This document shows, one piece after another, positions 19,709 through 27,666 of a stretch of 64,000 nucleotides of DNA. The number at the start of each line of letters is the position of its first letter. Position 1 is the stretch's first letter. The translations under genes and the position numbers were made by a program. The notes below the pieces were generated by a model. It saw only the letters and a program-made list of their open reading frames with translations. It was not told the origin of the DNA and did not search any database. Origin of the DNA: a virus (lineage: Duplodnaviria > Caudoviricetes); IMG/VR virus record IMGVR_UViG_3300031867_000024, positions 1-64,000 of that record; one strand, written 5' to 3'.

Positions 19709-20033
19709 CCTCGCATGGTATGTTCTTTTCGCCCATCGTCTCGTCGTCAAGCGCAATGCCGCTGAATGAGCACACGTTCATCTGCTCTAGGTTGAATGAG
19801 CCCACTATCTTCCACGTCACCCTGCCGTTGCAGCGTATGCGTATCCTCTTGCCCTCGTCCGACCTCGTTGCGTCATTCATCTTCACAACGTCGATGGTCT
19901 TGGCCCTGTCGTCATTACCCTCGAAATACATCGAGTACACGAAGTACCTGTCACCGACCTTGAACTCGCTGGTCTTTGACGACGTTATCTCTATCACGTC
20001 GTTCCTGACCTTCCTCTTTCCTGCTACAATCAT
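19677..20033 (-). CDS. hypothetical protein
   Basis: 118-aa ORF. Confidence 0.55.
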   Translation of the reverse strand: MIVAGKRKVRNDVIEITSSKTSEFKVGDRYFVYSMYFEGNDDRAKTIDVVKMNDATRSDEGKRIRIRCNGRVTWKIVGSFNLEQMNVCSFSGIALDDETMGEKNIPCEEYGNVDYNVE

Positions 20034-20035
20034 AA

Positions 20036-20431
20036 TTACTTATTAGTTAATTGTTTATATTCTCCAATGACATTCATCATGTCCTTGACCGTCTTCACGA
20101 GCCTGAATTTGTACCTGCTGTGAGTGTCAAGCAAATGCCTCAATATGAATTTCCTCTTCAGTGGAAACACATCGTTCTGCCATCCCTTGATCTCCACAAC
20201 GAGGTCCCCAAGGATAAAGTCAGGAGTATATGTGACTGCACGTATCTTCTCGCCCTCGTACTCAAACTTGTCAAGTATGACCCACGTCTCTTCTTCATAT
20301 TTATATGGGATCTTGTGAAGTCTGAGCAGCTGTGCGAAGCGTGCCTCCAGCTTGCTCCTGAATGTCACGCCGTCAACAGTGACGACAGTGGCGTTCTTTA
20401 TCTTTGGGTTCCTCATGGCAGAAATTATCAA
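20036..20431 (-). CDS. DUF1064-like endonuclease / Holliday junction resolvase
   Basis: VDGVTFRSKLEA...YTPDF...VEIKG. Confidence 0.8.
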   Translation of the reverse strand: MIISAMRNPKIKNATVVTVDGVTFRSKLEARFAQLLRLHKIPYKYEEETWVILDKFEYEGEKIRAVTYTPDFILGDLVVEIKGWQNDVFPLKRKFILRHLLDTHSRYKFRLVKTVKDMMNVIGEYKQLTNK

Positions 20432-20440
20432 GTGTCAATG

Positions 20441-21412
20441 TTAGAATGGAAGTTCGTCAGCATTGTCTGGCGCACCTACTGGAACCTGTGCCATTGGCGT
20501 AGGCGCAGTCGTCGGACCTCCAAATGGCATGGCCTGTGCCTGCTGCTGCACCTGTGTTGCGTCAGGCACTGCCACGCCTATCTGCTTAGGCTCGTACTTC
20601 TGTACTGGCGCAGCCACTATCGTGCATCCGTCAAGCCTCTTGTTTGCGTTGTCGTCCTGTATGCACCTGTCAAGCTCACGATAGTTTACGCTGTCAGCCC
20701 TCATGGCCTTCCAATAGACCTTCTGGTACTCATATCCGTTATATGTGCCAGTATAGAACAGGACCTTTACGAGCTGATTCTTGTTAGGCTCGACGATCTT
20801 CCTTATCTCCGAAACGTCGCCAGCGAAGTAGTTCTTCACGTGCTCAAGCTGCGCCCTGCACTCAAGGAGCTCAGCCACGGACACGAGCACGAACTCGTTG
20901 GTGTCCTTGTTCCATCTGAAGCTCTCCCTTATTCCAAGGAACTTCTTCAGGAAGTCTATCAGCTTGTCCTCGCCGTCATACATCGGGCGATACTCCTTCG
21001 TTATGCTCAGCGGCTTTCCGCTCGACGACAGCGGCACGGTATGGTTCTTGCCCTGCTCCGTCGTCACCCATGCGGTGTTTCCGTATGCGTCGATGACCTT
21101 CGTCTTTGCAGACTGCGACGTGAGTATCCTGTTCCTTATCCTGAACGTCATCGGGAACACGAAGTTCGGGTCTATGCTCTCGTCCATCTTGAGCATGAAC
21201 GTTATCGCAGCCTGTGATATAGGCACACCGCTCTTGTCTGTATACATTGCCGTCGGCTCTGGTATGCTGCCCTGCCATCCGAGCTTGAACGCCTCCTCCT
21301 TCGTCGGGTTCACGGCTATTATCCTTACTGGGGCTACCCCCATATACAGGTTTCCAGACCTCTTCTCAGTATCCTTTATGTCTGTCACCTGATTTACCTG
21401 TCCAAATGCCAT
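20441..21412 (-). CDS. crAss-type single-stranded DNA-binding-like protein
   Basis: LYMGVAPVRIIAVNPT N-terminus, low-complexity tail ending DELPF. Confidence 0.65.
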   Translation of the reverse strand: MAFGQVNQVTDIKDTEKRSGNLYMGVAPVRIIAVNPTKEEAFKLGWQGSIPEPTAMYTDKSGVPISQAAITFMLKMDESIDPNFVFPMTFRIRNRILTSQSAKTKVIDAYGNTAWVTTEQGKNHTVPLSSSGKPLSITKEYRPMYDGEDKLIDFLKKFLGIRESFRWNKDTNEFVLVSVAELLECRAQLEHVKNYFAGDVSEIRKIVEPNKNQLVKVLFYTGTYNGYEYQKVYWKAMRADSVNYRELDRCIQDDNANKRLDGCTIVAAPVQKYEPKQIGVAVPDATQVQQQAQAMPFGGPTTAPTPMAQVPVGAPDNADELPF

Positions 21413-21425
21413 AATCTTTGAATTT

Positions 21426-21965
21426 TTAATTGGTTACTTTTTGACAATTATTTGCGCTAAGCAGTGATGCGAGCTTGGACTCTATCGGATTCTTCCTGTC
21501 ATTGAGTATGAAGTTCCTGAGCGTGCACATGTAAGTGTCGTCATCCTCGTATGTCTTCACGTATGACCATCCGCAATCCACTATGTCCTGAGCCTCGTAC
21601 CTCCCGAACTGCCTCTCGAAGAGCCTCAGCCTCCTGACCGTCTGGTCGATGTCGTCCTTCCATGGCCACTTCTCGTCCTTCAGTCCCTCTGGCCAGTACT
21701 CCATCAGCTGTATCGCCACGTCCATGTAGTAGCCGAGGTCGTTGTTGCCCTCGCTGTTCATCATCATGTCGTTCAGCCTTCTCACACCTTTCTGCAGGAG
21801 CCTGCCAGTCGAGCCTATGAACCCAAGAGACTTCAGCTTATCCATGTGCTCGCTTGTAAGGTTCATTGACAGCCCCTTGCTTATCGCTATTAGGGCTATG
21901 AAGTCCTTCGAGTCGAGCCCGCTCTCCTCAAGCTCCGCATCGTTGACTATTATCCTAATTCCCAT
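21426..21965 (-). CDS. conserved phage protein (possible replication factor)
   Basis: LMEYWP.G.K..KWPW...Y..Y...D.YM.TL.NFI. Confidence 0.55.
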   Translation of the reverse strand: MGIRIIVNDAELEESGLDSKDFIALIAISKGLSMNLTSEHMDKLKSLGFIGSTGRLLQKGVRRLNDMMMNSEGNNDLGYYMDVAIQLMEYWPEGLKDEKWPWKDDIDQTVRRLRLFERQFGRYEAQDIVDCGWSYVKTYEDDDTYMCTLRNFILNDRKNPIESKLASLLSANNCQKVTN

Positions 21966-22230
21966 ACGTGTTGATGTAATTGATGAAGTCGGCACCGCAG
22001 TAGAACTTCTTGCGCTTCGAGATCTGCTTGCACTTAGGCTTTATGATGTCGATGTATCTGTACATCGTCATCCTTGTCACGTCAAGCATGTCAGAAAGCT
22101 CTTGACACGTGTACCACTTGTCTGCCTCTAGTAAATTGAAATTGACCATATACAATCTGCGTTTTATACTCGCAAATTTACCGTTTTCGTCCTTGCTTTC
22201 CTCTTGCATAGTTGCATTAAAATACATCAT
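21955..22230 (-). CDS. HTH DNA-binding protein, excisionase-like
   Basis: WYTCQELSDMLDVTRMTMYRY; divergent from integrase. Confidence 0.6.
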   Translation of the reverse strand: MMYFNATMQEESKDENGKFASIKRRLYMVNFNLLEADKWYTCQELSDMLDVTRMTMYRYIDIIKPKCKQISKRKKFYCGADFINYINTYGN

Positions 22231-22381
22231 AACTAATTATGTTACAAATAGTTGCAAAAATTTATAATGTTCCAGTACGACACCATTATATAATTGCACC
22301 ATATTCCATATATCCATGTAAACTAATGTGTTACGTAGTATTATTTCGCCTCTTTATGTTGTGTTATATGGCAAAAATGTA

Positions 22382-22389
22382 TATCTTTG
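22382..22389 (+). promoter_or_regulatory. Bacteroidota -7 promoter element (integrase)
   Basis: TATCTTTG matches TAnnTTTG. Confidence 0.55.
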
Positions 22390-22395
22390 TAACAA

Positions 22396-22418
22396 TTACT
22401 TGCATAGTTACTTGCATA
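22396..22418. repeat. tandem TTACTTGCATA direct repeat, possible integrase arm-type sites
   Basis: Two copies at 12-bp period just before the integrase ATG; related CTTGCATAGTT at 22203-22213. Confidence 0.4.
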
Positions 22419-22419
22419 T

Positions 22420-23574
22420 ATGGCATCATTCAAGTTCTACCTTGACCGTCGTCAGAAGACGAGGAACGGTCGATACCCAATCAAGATAGTACTGTCTCAC
22501 AAGAGCAGGACACTCCTCGTATCCACTGGCTTCACATCTCTTCCAAATGAATGGAGCGAGGTGAGGCAGAGGATAACAAAGAGGAACATGTCTAATGACT
22601 GCACCAACTCTCAGCTTGTCAGCTTCGAGCATGAGATAAGAGTGCTGTTCACGAATCTTCAGGTCGACGACATGCTGTCTGGCATGGATGTCGAGGAGCT
22701 TCGTGACAGGATAGTCAACAAGATTCTTCACAGGGGCAAGATGTCGGACAGCAGCTTCAAGAAGATGGCTCACAAGATTATAGAGGAGGCGAGGACATCT
22801 GGCACTGAGAAGAGTTACAGGTCGATGCTCTCCACTCTCTCAGGGTTCACTGATGTGGACTCGCTCAGCTTCAGCAACATGACTCTCTCGTTTCTCAAGA
22901 GATTCGAGAAGCATCTACATGAGCGTGGTTTGTCGCAGAACACGATATGGAAGATCTTCAAGCAGATGAAGGCCGTGTTCAACAGGGCACGCAGCGAGGG
23001 CGTGACAAGCCTGAACCCGTTTGCAGGTATCAAGACTCCTTATCAGCCAACAGTCAAACGCTCTCTTTCCGTCGATGACCTGCGCAGCATAATGAGCTTC
23101 GAGTCAAACAGCCCCTCAGTGATAATGGCAAGGGACGTGTTCATCCTGTCATTCATGCTTATAGGCGTTAACTATGCCGACCTTCACAGGGGTCTCAAGA
23201 TTGACAGGGACAGGGTGGTGTACTTCCGTGCTAAGACGGGCACCAACTACTCGATAAGGATAGAGCCATGTATGCTCCCTCTCATAAGAAAGTTCACATA
23301 CAATGGCCTTATCCGTGTCGATGCCACTCAATACTCCATCAATTACAACCTGAAGAAGATATTCAACAATCTCACTCTATATTATGCACGTCACTCATGG
23401 GCCACCATAGCCTGTGACCTTGACATCCCGATAGAGACTATCTCCCATGCCCTCGGTCACAAGATTGGCAGTCCCATAACCAACATCTACATAAGGTTCG
23501 ACATGAAGAAGGTTGACGAGGCGAACCGCAAGGTCCTCGAATATGTGTTCAATCCTCCTTCAGGATTATCTTGA
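22420..23574 (+). CDS. int: tyrosine integrase/recombinase (Bacteroidota Arm-DNA-bind_5 + SAM_5 type)
   Basis: N-terminal LDRRQK..GRYPIKI; GVNYADL, YFRAKT, YYARHSWAT, ALGH, TNIY. Confidence 0.9.
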   Translation: MASFKFYLDRRQKTRNGRYPIKIVLSHKSRTLLVSTGFTSLPNEWSEVRQRITKRNMSNDCTNSQLVSFEHEIRVLFTNLQVDDMLSGMDVEELRDRIVNKILHRGKMSDSSFKKMAHKIIEEARTSGTEKSYRSMLSTLSGFTDVDSLSFSNMTLSFLKRFEKHLHERGLSQNTIWKIFKQMKAVFNRARSEGVTSLNPFAGIKTPYQPTVKRSLSVDDLRSIMSFESNSPSVIMARDVFILSFMLIGVNYADLHRGLKIDRDRVVYFRAKTGTNYSIRIEPCMLPLIRKFTYNGLIRVDATQYSINYNLKKIFNNLTLYYARHSWATIACDLDIPIETISHALGHKIGSPITNIYIRFDMKKVDEANRKVLEYVFNPPSGLS

Positions 23575-23818
23575 GTACAGTATCTGCATCATCACCTATC
23601 AGGGCCTTCACTACGTGAATGACCCTTTCCTTCATGTCCTTCTGCTTCAGATACTCCTCAAAGTAGTCGACAGTGAACCCGTTAATCTCCTTGATGAGCT
23701 CTTCAATCTCCTCTACCGCACGTGTCGCCGTCCCCATGCTACTCAACTTATCCTTGTAGTCACATAGAGCGAAGTTCACGGTGTTCAATTGTTCGTTTGT
23801 CAATCTAAGATTCTTCAT
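23549..23818 (-). CDS. hypothetical early protein
   Basis: 89-aa ORF converging on int. Confidence 0.55.
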   Translation of the reverse strand: MKNLRLTNEQLNTVNFALCDYKDKLSSMGTATRAVEEIEELIKEINGFTVDYFEEYLKQKDMKERVIHVVKALIGDDADTVLKIILKED

Positions 23819-23855
23819 TGCTTAACGTATTTAATTGTTATAGACTATTGATAAT

Positions 23856-23870
23856 CACAATATTACTAAT
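23856..23870 (-). promoter_or_regulatory. early-region 15-bp motif copy (ATWAGTAATAKTGTG)
   Basis: Plus-strand CACAATATTACTAAT; four copies in 23.8-27.9 kb. Confidence 0.5.
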
Positions 23871-23930
23871 GCTTATGATTAAAAAATCAGCATGGCACAG
23901 CCACAAGGACTGCACCATGCTCACTTACTA

Positions 23931-24143
23931 CTACTTGCTACCCGAACCAAACGTGTCAAGATAGTCACGTCGTCTGTCACCTGTCAGCTTCTTGACATGG
24001 ACCTCAGCCGCCTTGATGACATACTCCTCTATTGGCCAGTCACCTATGCAGTCCTTCATGCCGATGATGCCGTTTGCACAGTAGTCCACAGTGCCGATGA
24101 TGCCGTCAATAATAACGACATCACCCTTGCATATCTTCTCCAT
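23931..24143 (-). CDS. hypothetical early protein
   Basis: 70-aa ORF. Confidence 0.55.
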   Translation of the reverse strand: MEKICKGDVVIIDGIIGTVDYCANGIIGMKDCIGDWPIEEYVIKAAEVHVKKLTGDRRRDYLDTFGSGSK

Positions 24144-24144
24144 G

Positions 24145-24309
24145 TCAGTAGTTGTTAATTATAAGAGTCTCAACATTCGAGAGCTTGTTCCTCAGCTCCG
24201 TCGTGTCGTGTCCCATTGCCTCCTCCATCTGGATTAGGCCCTCAAGGCAGTCCATGTACTCTTCTTCGATGGTCTGTCTCATCTCGTAGTCAAAGTTAAT
24301 CTCGCTCAT
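24145..24309 (-). CDS. hypothetical early protein
   Basis: MSEINFDY..., coupled to next gene. Confidence 0.5.
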   Translation of the reverse strand: MSEINFDYEMRQTIEEEYMDCLEGLIQMEEAMGHDTTELRNKLSNVETLIINNY

Positions 24310-24392
24310 GGCTGTAATTGTTAATGATTCACGGAAATGAAATACCCACACGTGCATCCGTGCATACACGTGTGGGTTGTATCTATTCGTGG

Positions 24393-25049
24393 CTAATCTA
24401 TTTTAACCACGTTAAAATACTTCTTGAGCTTATTGTACTCCTTGAACTTGTTCTTCTCATCAAACGACCTTGCACTGTCAAAGTCAGTCATTGACTTGAT
24501 TTTCTTCTTATAGAAGTCAACAATCTTCTTGGCGTCAGTTACCTCTATCTTATATTTGGCAATATCACCAAATATCAGATAATAGTCGTTGTCCGAGTCA
24601 ATCTTACATGAGCTTCTCTTGTATCCTTGCTTCAGTCTGAACTTAGGCGTATACAACCTACTCACTTTGTCAATCATAAGAAGTGCCTTGTAAAATGCAC
24701 ATTGCAACAAACTTGAATTTAAATACCATTCTGGATATTCTGTTGTTGGATTTCCAAATTCGTCCAGAACTGACTTAATCTCATAGAAGCAGCCATCTTT
24801 TATCATATCAATACAATAAAAGATCTCAATGTCCGTATTGTCTATCTTAATAGAATGACAGCCTCTCATCTCATCGGCGACGATATTCGACAGTGAACTG
24901 TCTTTCACTATCTTTGATTGAAACGCCGTACCATTCTCCATCCTCTTAGATATTATTTCCTGTCTCTTCTTTGACAGATATAATATCTGCGCTGCCGATC
25001 TTTTTACTAAATCAGCAGCACTATACTGTGTAACTTCAAGCATACGCAT
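24393..25049 (-). CDS. PD-(D/E)XK nuclease (RecB/Cas4-like, no Fe-S cysteines)
   Basis: GTAFQ, CID...YEIKS, LQCAFY; AT-rich gene. Confidence 0.6.
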   Translation of the reverse strand: MRMLEVTQYSAADLVKRSAAQILYLSKKRQEIISKRMENGTAFQSKIVKDSSLSNIVADEMRGCHSIKIDNTDIEIFYCIDMIKDGCFYEIKSVLDEFGNPTTEYPEWYLNSSLLQCAFYKALLMIDKVSRLYTPKFRLKQGYKRSSCKIDSDNDYYLIFGDIAKYKIEVTDAKKIVDFYKKKIKSMTDFDSARSFDEKNKFKEYNKLKKYFNVVKID

Positions 25050-25058
25050 GTTGTTATG

Positions 25059-25367
25059 TTAGATGTCAATCGGCCTCAGTCTTACTTTATAAGAATGCTC
25101 ATAACCATAATAGCCATAAGCATCCCTTTCTAACTGATTCTTAAATTCAACGAATGTTAATCTACTTTTGTATCTACAAACACCTACTATTAAGGATACA
25201 TGATACATCACATTCTCGCTATAAGATGCCATTAGTCTTATTTGTATCGGCTTGTTTTTGAAAGTGAGTGTCATTATCGTACCTTTCTCATAGCACTTAC
25301 AAGCTTCGTCGAAAACAGATTTCTCTATCTCAAAGGTATTTCTTGCCGTCTTCATATTTATATTCAC
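25059..25367 (-). CDS. hypothetical protein
   Basis: AT-rich ORF. Confidence 0.5.
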   Translation of the reverse strand: MNINMKTARNTFEIEKSVFDEACKCYEKGTIMTLTFKNKPIQIRLMASYSENVMYHVSLIVGVCRYKSRLTFVEFKNQLERDAYGYYGYEHSYKVRLRPIDI

Positions 25368-25391
25368 ACTAACTGAATGGATTGAATCTTT

Positions 25392-25718
25392 TCATTTTCT
25401 GTGCTTCTTTACAAGTTCAACAAGATACTCTGCGGCCTTGAGCTTGTCCTTGCGGTATAGCTCGACAAACCTGTCCCTCTCATCCGTCTCAGCCTCATAG
25501 CCGAAGCCTCGACGGTTGGCACACAGGACTGCTATTACCATTCCCTGCACCCTGCACAGGGAACAGTACCAGTTCACTCCATATATGCCCATCCCGTAAC
25601 CGAATGAGCTGAACGGCTCCCAATTCATATAGGTCCACGGCATGGACCAGAAGCAGACAGTGGCGTCAGCCACTATCTGCACGTCCTTCTTTGTCACCTT
25701 GTCGTCTCTGTCTCTCAT
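25392..25718 (-). CDS. hypothetical early protein
   Basis: 108 aa, YGMGIYGVNW motif. Confidence 0.6.
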   Translation of the reverse strand: MRDRDDKVTKKDVQIVADATVCFWSMPWTYMNWEPFSSFGYGMGIYGVNWYCSLCRVQGMVIAVLCANRRGFGYEAETDERDRFVELYRKDKLKAAEYLVELVKKHRK

Positions 25719-25834
25719 ATCTCAATGCTTTTACGATACATTACTCTCCATCCATTGAAGAATGCCTTGTGCCAGCCCACCCACTCCTCGTGTGTGAGCT
25801 CATACTCTGTACTCTTCTTAATTCTCGTAATCAT
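25715..25834 (-). CDS. 39-aa peptide (not in ORF track)
   Basis: MITRIKKSTEYELTHEEWVGWHKAFFNGWRVMYRKSIEI; ATGA overlap with next gene. Confidence 0.5.
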   Translation of the reverse strand: MITRIKKSTEYELTHEEWVGWHKAFFNGWRVMYRKSIEI

Positions 25835-25872
25835 AGTCGTAATCTCCTATTACTTAATTCGTTACAATCATT

Positions 25873-25887
25873 CACACTATTACTTAT
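25873..25887 (-). promoter_or_regulatory. early-region 15-bp motif copy
   Basis: Plus-strand CACACTATTACTTAT. Confidence 0.55.
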
Positions 25888-25939
25888 GCTAATGCTTTTT
25901 AATAAGCCGCCACACCTGTCACGTGCAGCGGCCTTATCA

Positions 25940-26254
25940 TCATATTGCGCTGTCAATCTCCACCATCTCATCCATCGTGAAGACTGCATCGCACCATATC
26001 TCATCCATACGCTCGCAGATCTCGGCATATACACGCCTATAATACCTGCTCGTATCCTTCTTGAGCATCCTGCTTATGCACCAGTCGTACAGGTCTGCCA
26101 TGTTCTCACACTCCATGTACTTGGTGAAGCACTCCTCGCCTCCAAAGGCGCATACTCTCTCGAAGTCACAGTCCTTGAGCCATACTTCGAGCATCTCAAT
26201 CATCTTGTCCTCGTTCGTGTCATGCTCCTTGACACCTTTCTCAAGTCGTATCAT
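25940..26254 (-). CDS. hypothetical early protein
   Basis: 104-aa acidic ORF. Confidence 0.6.
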   Translation of the reverse strand: MIRLEKGVKEHDTNEDKMIEMLEVWLKDCDFERVCAFGGEECFTKYMECENMADLYDWCISRMLKKDTSRYYRRVYAEICERMDEIWCDAVFTMDEMVEIDSAI

Positions 26255-26277
26255 GGTATTATGCTTCTATGTGGTCT

Positions 26278-26292
26278 CACACTATTACTTAT
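26278..26292 (-). promoter_or_regulatory. early-region 15-bp motif copy
   Basis: Plus-strand CACACTATTACTTAT. Confidence 0.55.
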
Positions 26293-26333
26293 GGCATGGC
26301 TGAAAGACTCCACGGTTTCCCGTGGAATCCTGT

Positions 26334-26423
26334 CTACGCCAGCACCCATATTGCCAGCGTAAACACTCCGAATGTTATCGCCATCATTATGGCTCCTGCC
26401 GTTATCTCTAATGCTGTCTTCAT
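26334..26423 (-). CDS. 29-aa single-TM peptide (not in ORF track)
   Basis: MKTALEITAGAIMMAITFGVFTLAIWVLA, A-rich leader, followed by a hairpin. Confidence 0.55.
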   Translation of the reverse strand: MKTALEITAGAIMMAITFGVFTLAIWVLA

Positions 26424-26490
26424 TTCCTTTGTTTTTGTCGTGATACAATTAGGGCTGCCAACATCACTGCTGACAGCCCCTTTCTCATGT

Positions 26491-26814
26491 TTAGATCTCG
26501 AAGAGTACGTTCATACGTGCACCGTTCTTATGGACGAGGTAGAACGGTTCTTCCGTCTCGTTATCCTCACAGAAGCTGATAACGTACGCATTCGTGTCCT
26601 CCTTGAAATCTTCTAACTCGACTTTGTTGGAGAACCATACCACTGTCTCATCCGCACATTTGATGAGCGGAACCTCCTTGTCTATTGAGGTGCCACACTC
26701 CATCCTTCCGTGCTGCTTCTTGAACTCCTCTACGGTGTACTTCTCGTACATCGTGAAGTTGTCAAACTTGACATTCACCTTCCTTGCTGCAACTGACTTT
26801 GACTCTCTTGCCAT
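26491..26814 (-). CDS. hypothetical early protein
   Basis: 107-aa ORF preceded by structured RNA. Confidence 0.65.
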   Translation of the reverse strand: MARESKSVAARKVNVKFDNFTMYEKYTVEEFKKQHGRMECGTSIDKEVPLIKCADETVVWFSNKVELEDFKEDTNAYVISFCEDNETEEPFYLVHKNGARMNVLFEI

Positions 26815-26819
26815 AGTCC

Positions 26820-26954
26820 TGACGTGTCATTACAACATCACTATGATGCTGTTTCTGGGTGACACCTGCCCAATCATTGTTTTGCTGTCTCTTCCAGCTG
26901 CCAACAACCTCATTGCAACATTGAGGCTACCACTCCTTGAGTGGTTTTACGTCA
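26820..26954 (-). ncRNA. unclassified multi-hairpin, pseudoknotted RNA
   Basis: Closing UGAC/GUCA; hairpins ACCACUC/GAGUGGU, AGCCUCA/UGAGGUU, GCUG/CAGC, UGGG/CCCA, ACAGCAUCA/UGAUGUUGU; loop GUGUCA complementary to downstream UGACAC. Confidence 0.55.
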
Positions 26955-26955
26955 T

Positions 26956-26998
26956 TGTGGAGTGCGAGGAATCGAACCTCGCTTCAACCATTACTCCC
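26956..26998 (-). ncRNA. tRNA top-half mimic 1 (acceptor + T arm only)
   Basis: GGAGU-AAUGGUUGAA-GCGAGG UUCGAUU CCUCGC-ACUCC-ACA. Confidence 0.6.
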
Positions 26999-27314
26999 CC
27001 CAGTAGTACTTTCTGTACCACTGTTCATACCTTTCTCCGAGGTATGACTTCTTTAGGTCGATGATCTTGTCATTGACCTTGTTCACCTTGTGCGCAAGTT
27101 CGTCAAGGTTCTTCTTGAGGTCTGTCAGAGCTTCTATCTTGTCGAACTTCTCCCATCCGAAGCACTTGTCTAGCTCCTTCTCTTCCTCTGCTATCAACAG
27201 TGCCGCTGTTGACTTTACGTTCAACAACAAGCCGTTGATGTTCGCCTGCTCCTCTGCGAGGAGTGACATTTCCTCAGCCTTGCTGAGAACAATGTCCTTG
27301 TTTGCGTTTGCCAT
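26991..27314 (-). CDS. hypothetical coiled-coil early protein
   Basis: 107-aa ORF bracketed by the two tRNA mimics. Confidence 0.65.
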   Translation of the reverse strand: MANANKDIVLSKAEEMSLLAEEQANINGLLLNVKSTAALLIAEEEKELDKCFGWEKFDKIEALTDLKKNLDELAHKVNKVNDKIIDLKKSYLGERYEQWYRKYYWGE

Positions 27315-27330
27315 ATCTCTATGTGTTGAT

Positions 27331-27376
27331 TGTGGTCACGGCAGGAATCGAACCTGCCTTATGCACCAGCATGACC
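27331..27376 (-). ncRNA. tRNA top-half mimic 2 (7-bp acceptor + T arm only)
   Basis: GGUCAUG-CUGGUGCAUAAG-GCAGG UUCGAUU CCUGC-CGUGACC-A-CA. Confidence 0.7.
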
Positions 27377-27418
27377 ATACGATTTCTGTTGCCAAGCTCG
27401 CTACACTCCGAATCTTGT

Positions 27419-27649
27419 TCAGTCTAGATCCTCTGACAACTTCTCCATTGCCATGAAGATGCTCATTGCCTTGTCGAACAATACTTTCGACATGTCAACG
27501 ACATCTCCAGTAAGTGCGTCCATGATGACGTACTCACCGTTCTTGCCTCTCTTTATGACTACATAAGAGAAGCCTTCAGCAATGAATACAATGCCTCGGA
27601 TCTTAGAAGCTATCTCTTCGATATGCTTCTCCAATTCCTCTATTTTCAT
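27419..27649 (-). CDS. hypothetical early protein
   Basis: 76-aa ORF starting 21 nt after the hammerhead cleavage site. Confidence 0.6.
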   Translation of the reverse strand: MKIEELEKHIEEIASKIRGIVFIAEGFSYVVIKRGKNGEYVIMDALTGDVVDMSKVLFDKAMSIFMAMEKLSEDLD

Positions 27650-27666
27650 CTCTTTTCTTTGTTTTG

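Noticed and set aside
20051-21217. Long antisense ORFs (e.g. 20051-21217, 32873-34078, 48730-49815, 54118-54906)
   Set aside because: Shadow frames of real genes caused by biased codon usage; L/V/H-rich with no motifs.
24393-25049. Calling this gene cas4
   Set aside because: It lacks the C-terminal Fe-S cysteine cluster; only the generic PD-(D/E)XK and QxxxY motifs are present.
25378-25389. ATGGATTGAATC as another CRISPR repeat end
   Set aside because: No upstream CGCAC/GTGCG hairpin.
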